This document shows positions 48,627 to 58,119 of a stretch of 64,000 nt of DNA, in pieces. The notes beneath the pieces were generated by a model. The model saw nothing but the letters and a program-made list of their open reading frames with translations, did no database searches and had not been told where the DNA came from. This DNA is from an uncultured Alphaproteobacteria bacterium (GTDB lineage Bacteria; Pseudomonadota; Alphaproteobacteria; RF32; CAG-239): NCBI GenBank assembly GCA_944392315.1, contig CALXWH010000001.1, forward strand, positions 64,703-128,702, written 5' to 3'. Each line of letters begins with the position of its first letter. The first letter of the stretch is position 1. The translations under genes and the position numbers were made by a program.

Positions 48627-49427
48627 TTATTGATTTAGATATTTGAGTTCCGCATCTATTTCATCTGAAATATCATCATCACTCTTGCTTGAGGTTGTCT
48701 CTTCATTTTTCTCGTTATTGTTCTCTATTTTTTGAGAGCTTGCCGGAGCCTCTTGCATTTTAGTGAATTGCAATAGATTTTGAGGTTCTGCCCCTTCTTC
48801 TATATCACTCACATAGGATGCTGACGGTTCAGAAATATAGGCCGGTGTTTCACGGATATCTTTTTCTATATCTCTATCTTGTTGCATAAATTCTTGAATA
48901 TGAATGACTTTTTCTCCTTTTTGAGACTCAACCTCTGGCGTGTTTTCTTTAATTTCAGGAGTTGCTTTGCCTTGAATGGCCTCTTTTGTTGGCAGATTAT
49001 CTCTTTCTTTTAATTCCTCTTCACTCAACAATTTTGATGCATCAACATCTGTATCTATGCACTCCAACAACCAAACATCATATATAGGGTGTTCAATAGC
49101 ATTTAACCCTGGGGTTGATGATACAATCCACCCTCTGAAAATGTTGTATTCATCTGTTCCGAAACTTTTATCGGTTACATCTATAAATGCAAAATTTTCT
49201 GGCGTTTCCTCTGCAGGGCGCTTTTTGCAAGATCTTAAAACTAACGAGAAATCACCAAATGTAACTTTTGAATTAACAGGAACTGTTATCTTATTAACAC
49301 GTCCTGTTACTTTATCCATAGCTTGCATTAATGCTGCATTGGTTGATATTTCTGTGGCGCTGGCTGTGCTTGCTATGCTCAAGCCTGCCAAAATAGAATA
49401 TGCTAAAGCTTTATTTCTCATTATCAT
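48627..49427 (-). CDS. DUF2155 periplasmic protein with long acidic C-terminal extension
   Basis: Signal peptide. LMQAMDKVTGRVNKITVPVN...FGDFSLVLRSCKKRPAEETPENFAFIDV...IFRGWIVSSTPGLNAIEHPIYDVWLLEC is the DUF2155 core as I recall it. Confidence 0.7.
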   Translation of the reverse strand: MIMRNKALAYSILAGLSIASTASATEISTNAALMQAMDKVTGRVNKITVPVNSKVTFGDFSLVLRSCKKRPAEETPENFAFIDVTDKSFGTDEYNIFRGWIVSSTPGLNAIEHPIYDVWLLECIDTDVDASKLLSEEELKERDNLPTKEAIQGKATPEIKENTPEVESQKGEKVIHIQEFMQQDRDIEKDIRETPAYISEPSASYVSDIEEGAEPQNLLQFTKMQEAPASSQKIENNNEKNEETTSSKSDDDISDEIDAELKYLNQ

Positions 49428-49875
49428 CTCCCGTTACCATAAAGATAATTTCACCGACCATATCTTCCAAAGATTTCGCATCTTTAGTGTTTGTGGCGGT
49501 ACTTCCCGGCGTTAACTTGTTTGGAGATTGTCCTGGCTCTATTTTAATAAATTTATCTCCCATCAGACCATCGCCGGCAATGGTTATTTCACTATCTTCC
49601 GGCAAAGATATCTCTGGACTTAGGCTCATCTTTACATCTACCATATAATCTTCCAGATTGATGGATTGTGATAAAACTGTTCCTACCTTAATGCCGTTAA
49701 TGCGGACATCGGCACCCGTATTAAGACCGCCAACTTTTAAGAATCTGGCATTGATTTCATACCCTTTAACAACTTGTAAATCTGATACTTGGTATGCAAA
49801 AACCATAAATAATGCAGCTACAGCCAACACTACTAATCCCATGATTGTTTCTACGGGTTTTTTATTCATTTCCAT
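49411..49875 (-). CDS. mlaD: MlaD (MCE-domain) lipid-asymmetry protein
   Basis: N-terminal TM, then MCE core YEINARFLKVGGLNTGADVRINGIKVGTV; 154 aa. Confidence 0.85.
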   Translation of the reverse strand: MEMNKKPVETIMGLVVLAVAALFMVFAYQVSDLQVVKGYEINARFLKVGGLNTGADVRINGIKVGTVLSQSINLEDYMVDVKMSLSPEISLPEDSEITIAGDGLMGDKFIKIEPGQSPNKLTPGSTATNTKDAKSLEDMVGEIIFMVTGDDNEK

Positions 49876-50386
49876 CTCCTTTTACTTGTGTATTTTCTGA
49901 AACCTGTTTTGCTCTTTTGCTCTTTCCTAATGAAATTATTCTATCTAAGAGTTCTTCTAGCACCATTGCATCTTGCGTGAAACCAATTGTACTATCTGGT
50001 TGTAGATAATCTTCAGAACCGCCGACATCTATTTCTACATATTTGCCGCCGATCAGACCAAAACTGATGATTGAGGCGCTGCTGTCATCCGGAATCTTAT
50101 ATTTGTCATCTATCTCTAATGTTAATTTGGTACGAAAATTTTTATCTAATTCCGCTGCAGTTACTCGGCCGATATTTACGCCTGATAACCTCACAACATC
50201 CCCCACATTTAAACCATCCGTGCGCCCGAAGCTGGCATATATATTGTAGGTACTTCCATCACCGTGACCTTTGATGGAAGCATTATGCGAAATGGTTATA
50301 AAAACACCAATCAAAATTACTATTAGGGCGATGACACCATTGCGAATCGTCTTCATTTCTTCTTTGGTATATTTTTCTTCCACCAT
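49862..50386 (-). CDS. Second MCE-domain (MlaD-like) protein
   Basis: TM, then YNIYASFGRTDGLNVGDVVRLSGVNIGRV. GGGAGAG RBS precedes ATG 50386; the ORF-track start is 50428. Overlaps the downstream mlaD by 14 nt. Confidence 0.8.
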   Translation of the reverse strand: MVEEKYTKEEMKTIRNGVIALIVILIGVFITISHNASIKGHGDGSTYNIYASFGRTDGLNVGDVVRLSGVNIGRVTAAELDKNFRTKLTLEIDDKYKIPDDSSASIISFGLIGGKYVEIDVGGSEDYLQPDSTIGFTQDAMVLEELLDRIISLGKSKRAKQVSENTQVKGDGNE

Positions 50387-50538
50387 TACTCTCCCTTTAG
50401 ATTGAAAATTTACTCTCTTATATCCCATAAATAATTTTTTGTCACCATTAAGTTTTATTATTTGTCATGAAATTGTGAAATTTTTAAACATTTTTTGCTA
50501 CCTATTTAATTAATTAATTTTGTTTTTAAGGGATGCCT

Positions 50539-51258
50539 ATGATTAAAATACAGAATATCTCCCAAATTTTTGATAAAAAAGTTGCACTTAACGATATTTC
50601 TTTAGACCTAAAAACTGGTGAAGTTGTGGCTTTGATTGGAGAAAACGGAGCAGGAAAATCTACCCTAATGCGTATTATTTGTGGGTATCTCAAAGCGACT
50701 TCCGGTATGGTGACGATTTTCAATCACGATATTGAAACAGACAGAATCAGCGCATTAAAATATATTGGCTATGTTCCTGAAATTTCTTCTTTATATGGAG
50801 ATATGTTAGTTTTTGATTTTTTAAAATGGATTGCAGGGCTCTGGAATATCCATGATTTTAATTCGGCTATTTTACAAGCTGCCAAGCAAATGCAAATTGT
50901 GGATGTTTTATCTGATAAAATTGAAACACTTTCTAAGGGATACAAAAAAAGAGTGGAAATTGCTTCGGCGATCTTGCATGCTCCTAAAATTCTTATTCTT
51001 GACGAGCCGACAGATGGTTTAGACCCTAACCAAAAATTGCATATCCGGGATTTTATGAAAACGTATGCTAAAGAAAATTTAGTTCTTGTTTCTACGCACG
51101 TTTTAGAAGATGCCAGTGTTGCCAATCGTGTGGTTATGTTGGCTCATGGAAAGCTTATTTGTAATATGCCTATGAAAAACTTTAAAAAGATTTCGCAATC
51201 CGGCAGTCTCAGTGAGGCTTTTAGTATATTAACATCCACAGAGAAGGATAAAAAATGA
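50539..51258 (+). CDS. ABC transporter ATP-binding protein (ABC-2/GldA-like)
   Basis: Walker A GENGAGKST, signature LSKGYKKR, Walker B ILILDEPTDGLD. Confidence 0.9.
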   Translation: MIKIQNISQIFDKKVALNDISLDLKTGEVVALIGENGAGKSTLMRIICGYLKATSGMVTIFNHDIETDRISALKYIGYVPEISSLYGDMLVFDFLKWIAGLWNIHDFNSAILQAAKQMQIVDVLSDKIETLSKGYKKRVEIASAILHAPKILILDEPTDGLDPNQKLHIRDFMKTYAKENLVLVSTHVLEDASVANRVVMLAHGKLICNMPMKNFKKISQSGSLSEAFSILTSTEKDKK

Positions 51259-53621
51259 AACAATTTGTAGTACAATTTTCAAAGGAATTTCAAACGCTTT
51301 TCTGCAGTGTTAATGCTTATATTATTTTCGCTGCCTACTATATCCTCTCTATGTTTTCTACCTTTTATATCGGGGATTATTTTTTGCGCGAATCTGAGAT
51401 TATGAATGCTTTTTTTGCATTGCAGCCTATTATGCTCTCTTTTATAATCCCTGCTATCACGATGCGTTTATGGGCGGAAGAAAATAAGAGCGGAACGCTT
51501 GAGTTGCTTTTAACGCAGCCTATCAGTTTTTCCAAACTTGTTCTTGCAAAATATTGCGTTGCTTTCGGATTTTTTGTTTTATTAGTTCTATCCTCGCTTT
51601 TTTTATTTTGGGCTTCGTTACACTTATCGGTTTTAGATTTTGGATTAACTTATTCCGGTTACTTGGGTTTGATATTATGCGGCGCTTTTTTCACCGCTAT
51701 CGGCTGTTTGATTTCCACACTCTGCAAAAACAATATCCTTAGCTATATTTATACTATTTTTATACTCTTTGTTTTGACGCAATTTGAGTTTAATTCTTGC
51801 TTTTCGGTACCTCTTGCCAGCTTGAATTTTGAAACGAACTATAACGCTTTTCTCAGTGGTATTCTCTCCTGGTCTAATCTTATCTATTTTTTACTCGGGA
51901 CTGTTTTATGCCTCTGGTTGAATGTTGTTACTTTGGAATTTCGGCGGACACATTCTCGTTCTGACAGATTTTATTTTAGCGGGTTTATTTTATTAAGTTT
52001 TATCTTATTTTGTTGTGGTGTTTTGGGCTCTGGCTTTATTTTTCAACAATCTTATGACATTACGGATGAGAAGAAATTTACATTACAGAATGAGGATAAA
52101 GACTTTTTACAAGGCTTGGATAAACGTATTGATATCACATTGTATGAATCTAAAAATCAACGGCAAAATGCCAATTCCGGTTATGCCGTATATGCAAGTT
52201 TTGTTGAAAAAATTTTGCATTTAGTAGAAAAATATTCTCAAGGTGCAGTTCGCTCCGAAATTGTTTGGGTGGAACCTTTTAGTCAACTGGAGCAGCGCTT
52301 AATTCATGACAATCACATTCCTTTTGAAACAGATAAATTTGAACAGAAAATTTTTATGGCAGCCGAATTATCCAGTAATGAAGGGGGAAGTTATTTTATT
52401 AACGCCTTCAGTAATCTTCGGCAAAATTTACTGGAAGCTGACTTGATGCGAGCTCTCAAAATCTTCAACCTGCCTAAGCCCAAAGTTGTGGTTGTGGCAA
52501 AAGATACAGACTTAGATGAGATGCATGCTCTTAAGGGAATTTTGCAAGAATTTTATCAGGTAAAATATGTTGACCTATTCCCTTTCTTTATTCCTGAAGA
52601 ATATAAATTTGTTGTTGTTATTAATCCCCGGGAGCTTTCTATGGAAGCAATGCTTGCTATGGAACAATATGTTCTTAATGGCGGAAGTTTGATTATTTTT
52701 GGTGAGCCCAAACAAATTTCCGCACAAAAGGGCGAGCCTCTGATTAACTTTTTGCAGAATTTTGGCCTTTCTATCGTCCCTTCTGAAATTATCACTGATA
52801 AAAATAATCCGGACAATCCGGCTATTTTCCCTTCTTCTGTTACTGAGCCTTCTCTTCAAAAAGACATCCGTTCTGTCATTGTTAATGAGGCCGGACGCCT
52901 TAATCTTAAAGAAGGAAAGACTTATCAAACGGCACCTATCTTAAAAACGGCAGAACAAATCTCCGGCGCTATATCTCAGGGAGAATACACTTCTAATTAT
53001 CTCAATCTCGCTATAAGCGGGCAACATATAGAACCTGCTTCCCTTAAAGAAGGAAAAGTTTTCTTTTTCTATGACACGGATTTATTAAAGGATTATCTTT
53101 TTGTTTCTGACGAATCTAAGGGGATGGATTTTTATCAAATTGTACCAACCTCTGATAATATGCTCTTCTTATTGCGTCTGTTAGATTTTGCGGCAGGTGC
53201 AAATATTGAAAGCTCACTTACTTATAATCATTATGCTCTTAATACTTCCAGCATCGGAAATGCTATTCTTGATTATATCAATCAGTATTATGCTGCACAA
53301 ATTAAACAGTTAGAAGAAAATATTCAGCTTTACACCTCGCGCAAAGAGGCGTTCTATAATAGCTTAAAGAAGCGCGGATTTGCTTCTATTCAAAATATTG
53401 GCGATATCAGCTCTATTGAGCAAAAAATAGATGAAAACCAAAATCAATTATACCGCCTCAAAGCCGAAATTGTTCAATACTATCAATCTGCTGTTATGAT
53501 TTTCACGGTTATGATGACGTTTGGTGTATCGCTCTTATTGCTTTGCTTATTTATTCTTTTGAACGTTGTTCTTAAGAGAATCCGCTTAAAAAACATCAGG
53601 AGAATCGTTGATGCTGCGTAA
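51255..53621 (+). CDS. Fusion of ABC-2 permease (GldF-like, 6 TM) with GldG-like auxiliary domain and C-terminal TM
   Basis: ATGA start/stop overlap with the ATPase gene. Aa 1-240 are polytopic. A large soluble region follows, then a terminal TM AVMIFTVMMTFGVSLLLLCLFILLNVVL, as in GldG-type proteins. Confidence 0.6.
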   Translation: MKQFVVQFSKEFQTLFCSVNAYIIFAAYYILSMFSTFYIGDYFLRESEIMNAFFALQPIMLSFIIPAITMRLWAEENKSGTLELLLTQPISFSKLVLAKYCVAFGFFVLLVLSSLFLFWASLHLSVLDFGLTYSGYLGLILCGAFFTAIGCLISTLCKNNILSYIYTIFILFVLTQFEFNSCFSVPLASLNFETNYNAFLSGILSWSNLIYFLLGTVLCLWLNVVTLEFRRTHSRSDRFYFSGFILLSFILFCCGVLGSGFIFQQSYDITDEKKFTLQNEDKDFLQGLDKRIDITLYESKNQRQNANSGYAVYASFVEKILHLVEKYSQGAVRSEIVWVEPFSQLEQRLIHDNHIPFETDKFEQKIFMAAELSSNEGGSYFINAFSNLRQNLLEADLMRALKIFNLPKPKVVVVAKDTDLDEMHALKGILQEFYQVKYVDLFPFFIPEEYKFVVVINPRELSMEAMLAMEQYVLNGGSLIIFGEPKQISAQKGEPLINFLQNFGLSIVPSEIITDKNNPDNPAIFPSSVTEPSLQKDIRSVIVNEAGRLNLKEGKTYQTAPILKTAEQISGAISQGEYTSNYLNLAISGQHIEPASLKEGKVFFFYDTDLLKDYLFVSDESKGMDFYQIVPTSDNMLFLLRLLDFAAGANIESSLTYNHYALNTSSIGNAILDYINQYYAAQIKQLEENIQLYTSRKEAFYNSLKKRGFASIQNIGDISSIEQKIDENQNQLYRLKAEIVQYYQSAVMIFTVMMTFGVSLLLLCLFILLNVVLKRIRLKNIRRIVDAA

Positions 53622-54555
53622 ACATATTAAAATTGCTCTGATTTTACTTTTATTTGCTGTGCCTTTTTTGATTTATGGAATCTATCTTAACAGTACGCGG
53701 GTGCATCTGCTTTCAAGAGGTAACTATTTTTTTGATTTGACCAGAAACCGGGCAGATATTGAACAAATTGCTCTTGTTTTTCCCAATCAAAAATCTATTC
53801 ATATTGAAAAAAAAGATAATTTTTGGAGAATTAAAGAGGCTAACAATTATTATACAGCTTTCTCTAAAATCAATGCTCTGGTTGCCTTAATTCGTAATAC
53901 GGTAATTTATCGGGCGGATAATTTTCACTCTAAAGAAGAAGCACTCTTTCAAAATGCTCTCAAAATTATTAGTACTGACGCCAGTGGGAAAATTGTGGAT
54001 GAGGCAACAATTGCGCCTCTCAAAGAAGGAAATAAATATTATTATGCTTTGCGCAATAACGACGGCTTTATCTATCAACTCGCCGGCAATTTTGATTTAT
54101 CATCCCATGTTATGGACTGGGTGCAGATGCCTCTGTTTACCTTTAATATCAATCACGTGAAGCGCATTAAGGCTGACAATTTTGAAGTATATCGTCGCTT
54201 TGAAAATGAAAATTTCAAGGATGTCCAAACCTCAACCGAATATACGCATTTGCAAAAATTGCTGGATAATTTCTGGTACTTAACGGCAGATGAAATTCAA
54301 CAAATTTCGCAGATTGATTTATCGGCTTTTTCCAAAGTCAATCATTTTGATATTACTTTATTTAACGGAATTATCTATCAGATTGACCTCTATACTCAAA
54401 ATCAAACGTACTGGATTACGGTTAAGCTCAATCGTGAAGGACTTATCAATAAAACTTCGCTGCAACAAATCAAAGAGAACAGTCTGCTTTTTGATGGATG
54501 GATTTTTAAGATTAACCACGATAAAGGCATTAACCTTGCGGAATTTATTTTATAA
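53611..54555 (+). CDS. DUF4340-like single-pass protein (usual partner of GldG-type ABC systems)
   Basis: GGAG lies 8 nt upstream of ATG 53611. N-terminal TM IKIALILLLFAVPFLIYGIYL. Assigned mainly from operon context. Confidence 0.45.
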   Translation: MLRKHIKIALILLLFAVPFLIYGIYLNSTRVHLLSRGNYFFDLTRNRADIEQIALVFPNQKSIHIEKKDNFWRIKEANNYYTAFSKINALVALIRNTVIYRADNFHSKEEALFQNALKIISTDASGKIVDEATIAPLKEGNKYYYALRNNDGFIYQLAGNFDLSSHVMDWVQMPLFTFNINHVKRIKADNFEVYRRFENENFKDVQTSTEYTHLQKLLDNFWYLTADEIQQISQIDLSAFSKVNHFDITLFNGIIYQIDLYTQNQTYWITVKLNREGLINKTSLQQIKENSLLFDGWIFKINHDKGINLAEFIL

Positions 54556-54572
54556 TTTCTAAAACACGCCTT

Positions 54573-54599
54573 AAAAAAACCGGTATTGTTACCGGTTTT
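54573..54599. terminator. Bidirectional intrinsic terminator between the ABC operon and ettA
   Basis: AACCGGTA / TACCGGTT stem (54578..54597) with A7 upstream and TTTT downstream. Confidence 0.8.
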
Positions 54600-54606
54600 C
54601 TTATTT

Positions 54607-56286
54607 CTATCGTTCTAATTTTTTATATCTGATACGATGAGGATTGCATGCATCTTCACCTAAGCGGCGAATCTTATCCTTTTCGTAATCTTCAAAATTT
54701 CCTTCAAACCACTCTACATGGCCATCATCTTCATAGGCTAAAATATGCGTTGCCAAGCGGTCTAAAAACCATCTGTCGTGTGATGTTACCAGAACGCATC
54801 CCGGATAGTTCATAATTCCCTCTTCCAGCGAACGCAAGGTATCCACATCCAAGTCATTTGTCGGTTCATCCAGTAGAATAACATTTGCACCTTTCTTCAG
54901 CATTTTTGCCAGGTGGACGCGGTTTCTTTCACCACCGGATAATTGTCCTATTTTCTTTTGTTGATCCGTTCCTTTAAAATTAAATTGGCCGACATATGCG
55001 CGAGATGGCATTTGCTTTTTCCCTAGTTCTATAATATCTAATCCATCTGAAATTTCTTCCCAAATAGTTTTATTCGGGTCAAGCTCATCACGGCTTTGGT
55101 CTACATAGCCTAAATCTACGGTTTCACCAATAATAATTTCTCCGGAATCCGGTTTTTCTTGTCCGGTTATCATTCTAAACAGTGTTGTTTTTCCTGCTCC
55201 GTTTGGACCGATGATACCAACAATTGCTCCCTTCGGAATTTTGAAAGATAAGTTGTCTATCAATACTCTATCGCCATATGCTTTAGAGATGTTTTTGGCC
55301 TCTATCACCATATCGCCCAGTCTTTCACTCATCGGAATATTGATATAAGCTTGGGTAATTTGCTCTTTAGATGTTTCTGCCAATAACTCTTCATAAGCAT
55401 TGATACGAGCTTTTGATTTCGCTTGTCTTGCTTTTGGATTTTTTCTAATCCATTCCAATTCATTTGCCAAAGTCTTTTGGCGTGCACTTTCTTCACGAGC
55501 TTCTTGCTCTATACGCTTTTGTTTTTGCTCAAGCCAAGATGTATAGTTACCTTCATACGGAATACCTTGTCCGCGGTCTAATTCCAGAATCCAGCCGGTT
55601 ACGTTATCTAAGAAATATCTGTCGTGGGTTACCATCACCACGGTTCCTTTATAATCACGTAAATGGTGTTCCAACCATGCAACAGACTCTGCGTCTAGAT
55701 GGTTTGTCGGTTCATCTAAAAGTAGCATATCGGGCTTTGACAATAATAAGCGGCACAAAGCCACGCGTCTTTTTTCTCCACCTGATAATTTCGTTACATC
55801 AGCATCTGCCGGCGGGCAACGAAGTGCATCCATGGCGATTTGAACGGTTCTTTCTATGTCCCAACCGTTTGCGGCATCTATTTTTTCTTGCAGAGCGGCC
55901 TGTTCTTCTATCAGCGCATTCATTTCATCATCAGTCATGGGTTCAGCAAATTTCATGGATACTTCTTCAAACCGCTTTAGCAATGCTACCGTATCCCCTA
56001 ACCCATCCATAACATTTTCCATAACATTTTTAGAGGGATCCAGTTTGGGTTCCTGTTCCAAATATCCTACTTTTACACCGTCTGCAGCCCAGGCCTCTCC
56101 GTTAAATTCTTTATCTACTCCGGCCATAATTTTTAACAATGTAGATTTACCGGCACCGTTAACACCCAATACGCCGATTTTAGCTCCGGGGAAAAATGAT
56201 AAACTGATATTTTTGAATAATTCTTTTCCACCGGGGAATACTTTACTCAAATTTTGCATAACATAAATGTATTGATAAGAGGCCAT
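54607..56286 (-). CDS. ettA: Energy-dependent translational throttle protein EttA (ABC-F)
   Basis: [23 protein letters not shown]-terminus. Two cassettes with GVNGAGKST and GPNGAGKTT, and LSGGEKRR and LSGGERNR; 559 aa. Confidence 0.92.
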   Translation of the reverse strand: MASYQYIYVMQNLSKVFPGGKELFKNISLSFFPGAKIGVLGVNGAGKSTLLKIMAGVDKEFNGEAWAADGVKVGYLEQEPKLDPSKNVMENVMDGLGDTVALLKRFEEVSMKFAEPMTDDEMNALIEEQAALQEKIDAANGWDIERTVQIAMDALRCPPADADVTKLSGGEKRRVALCRLLLSKPDMLLLDEPTNHLDAESVAWLEHHLRDYKGTVVMVTHDRYFLDNVTGWILELDRGQGIPYEGNYTSWLEQKQKRIEQEAREESARQKTLANELEWIRKNPKARQAKSKARINAYEELLAETSKEQITQAYINIPMSERLGDMVIEAKNISKAYGDRVLIDNLSFKIPKGAIVGIIGPNGAGKTTLFRMITGQEKPDSGEIIIGETVDLGYVDQSRDELDPNKTIWEEISDGLDIIELGKKQMPSRAYVGQFNFKGTDQQKKIGQLSGGERNRVHLAKMLKKGANVILLDEPTNDLDVDTLRSLEEGIMNYPGCVLVTSHDRWFLDRLATHILAYEDDGHVEWFEGNFEDYEKDKIRRLGEDACNPHRIRYKKLER

Positions 56287-56317
56287 TGATTTTTCCTTTT
56301 CATCTTAGATTGTGCTT

Positions 56318-56857
56318 TTAGTACTGACGTAGTTTCATTTCTTCTTGCTTGATTTTTTGGTATATACCTTCTTTCATCGCGCGTTGGCGTTTTTTTGCCA
56401 TGACTTTGTCATAATAGGCATTTAACTTGCTTCGTTCATCTTCCTGACGATTATATACTAACGTCACATCATATTCTTTTCTGGGCTTTAGTATCTTTCC
56501 ATCCGGTAATTTGATGGTACCATTTTTATACAGCGTGGATTTAAATATCTTTTGGTTATTAAACCGCCGATTTACTTCTTCACATCCCCAATAGCCATCG
56601 CCTCTTTTTTCCATATAGGCTGTTGCCTTGGCTTTGTTATATTCATACATTCCATCGGCTTGTTCTTGGTCACTTCTGGCTTTGCTAACCAAATAGGCGC
56701 GCGCAATTAACTCATACGATGGATAGCGCTCTGCTCCGCAAGCTAGTCCCTCTCCGGATACGTACCCCAGATTTCTGACATCTTCCAGATAACTTGATGA
56801 ATATGCCGGAAACGAAAATATACACATTCCCAAGCATATAATGGTTGTAAATTTCAT
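56318..56857 (-). CDS. Hypothetical secreted protein (179 aa)
   Basis: Signal peptide MKFTTIICLGMCIFSFPAYS; four Cys; no family recognised. Confidence 0.55.
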   Translation of the reverse strand: MKFTTIICLGMCIFSFPAYSSSYLEDVRNLGYVSGEGLACGAERYPSYELIARAYLVSKARSDQEQADGMYEYNKAKATAYMEKRGDGYWGCEEVNRRFNNQKIFKSTLYKNGTIKLPDGKILKPRKEYDVTLVYNRQEDERSKLNAYYDKVMAKKRQRAMKEGIYQKIKQEEMKLRQY

Positions 56858-56931
56858 CTTCTCTCTTTGCCTATTTTCTTAACTTTCGCTATTATAATGG
56901 CAAATAAATCTAATTCAAGTGAAAAAATTAT

Positions 56932-56960
56932 TTGACAAATTAAAACATTTATCGTATGTT
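56932..56960 (+). promoter_or_regulatory. Sigma70-like promoter candidate for rpmJ
   Basis: TTGACA (56932..56937), 17-nt spacer, TATGTT (56955..56960). Confidence 0.4.
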
Positions 56961-56992
56961 TCGCTCAAACTTTTGTGTAAGGAATAAGAAAA

Positions 56993-57118
56993 ATGAAAAT
57001 ATATAGCTCTTTAAAGTCTAAGAAAGACCGTGTTAGAGGTTGTAAGTTGGTTCGTCGTAAAGGTCGTCTTTATGTTATTAACAAAAGAGAACCTAAGTAT
57101 AAAGCTCGTCAAGGTTAA
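56993..57118 (+). CDS. rpmJ: 50S ribosomal protein L36, Cys-poor (non-zinc) type
   Basis: Not in the ORF track because it is under 60 aa. Hand translation gives [41 protein letters not shown] (41 aa). It ends in the L36 hallmark K(A/Q)RQG and has RRKGR.YVI. A terminator follows. Confidence 0.85.
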   Translation: MKIYSSLKSKKDRVRGCKLVRRKGRLYVINKREPKYKARQG

Positions 57119-57141
57119 TTCGGACGTTTATAAAATTAAAA

Positions 57142-57169
57142 ATCGGGTTTATATTTACCCGATTTTTTT
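57142..57169 (+). terminator. Intrinsic terminator after rpmJ
   Basis: ATCGGGT / ACCCGAT stem followed by T7. Confidence 0.75.
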
Positions 57170-57191
57170 GTGTTCTTTACAATTCTTTTTA

Positions 57192-57596
57192 TTAAAAACT
57201 TTCTAATACCGCAACGGCATTAACGTATTCTCTTTCGTTTGAAATTGTTAAATGAATTTTTATATCCTGATTTTGAGATACATAATATGCGCGCGCCAGA
57301 GCTTTCCCGTATAAATTAACCTGAGGACACCCTAAAGAATCGTGCACTATCTCCACGTCTTTTAATGTTATTCCACCGCGAAAGCCGCTTCCCAGCGCTT
57401 TTGACACGGCTTCTTTGGCTGAAAATCTGGTGGCAACGGCCAGAGTCAGACCTTTTTCATCTCCATAAACGTTTCTTTGCTCCAGTTCTTTTATTTCTCT
57501 TTGGGTAAAATATTTTTTTATGAACTTTAATAAAAATATTTCCCCCTTAGAAAAACGAGATACCTGAACAATATCGCAGCCGAGCCCCTTTATCAT
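57192..57596 (-). CDS. acpS: Holo-[acyl-carrier-protein] synthase
   Basis: MIKGLGCDIVQVSRF, FSAKEAVSKALG; 134 aa. Confidence 0.9.
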   Translation of the reverse strand: MIKGLGCDIVQVSRFSKGEIFLLKFIKKYFTQREIKELEQRNVYGDEKGLTLAVATRFSAKEAVSKALGSGFRGGITLKDVEIVHDSLGCPQVNLYGKALARAYYVSQNQDIKIHLTISNEREYVNAVAVLESF

Positions 57597-57601
57597 TTAT
57601 T

Positions 57602-58111
57602 TTACCCTCTTTTATTTGTTGTTTTCTTTAGCAGCACGTGTTTTATGGCGTGATAGACTATTTGCCATATTATCACATACAACGGAATGCAACCTATCAA
57701 CATGGGATAGAATACTGGCCAAATATCCACCCAAAACAGACTAAAGTCAAGATTTATCACACAATGGAAAAGCTCCTTAAATAAGTTCTTAAAGTCAATA
57801 TCCTGTTCCGGCGCGTCGTGCCCTAATATCATTAGTCCTACATGTAACACAGCGTACCATATAAACGGAAACGTCCACGGATTGCCGGCAATTGTTCCTA
57901 ATGCACTTGATATACTGTTTTGTTTGGTAATTTTACTGACGCATAAGCAAAGCAATAAATGAAAACCGACAAATGGTGTAAAAGACATGGCAATACCAGT
58001 TGCAAAGCCTTTGGCTATGGCTTCCGGTGTTCCTTTGATTGAAGTTAGTTTTTTTATAATTTTTTGATATAAGTTATGCAGTCCACGTCCCTCTTTTTTC
58101 TCTCGGGACAT
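57602..58111 (-). CDS. DUF2062 membrane protein
   Basis: KGTPEAIAKGFATGIAMSFTPFVGFHLLL is the typical DUF2062 opening; 3-4 TM segments. Confidence 0.75.
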   Translation of the reverse strand: MSREKKEGRGLHNLYQKIIKKLTSIKGTPEAIAKGFATGIAMSFTPFVGFHLLLCLCVSKITKQNSISSALGTIAGNPWTFPFIWYAVLHVGLMILGHDAPEQDIDFKNLFKELFHCVINLDFSLFWVDIWPVFYPMLIGCIPLYVIIWQIVYHAIKHVLLKKTTNKRG

Positions 58112-58119
58112 TGCCTCTC

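Noticed and set aside
50539-54555. Gliding-motility (gldAFG) operon
   Set aside because: GldA/F/G-like ABC systems are widespread in non-gliding bacteria. No other gld or spr genes are present and the taxon is alphaproteobacterial. I therefore call it a generic ABC-2/GldG-type transporter.
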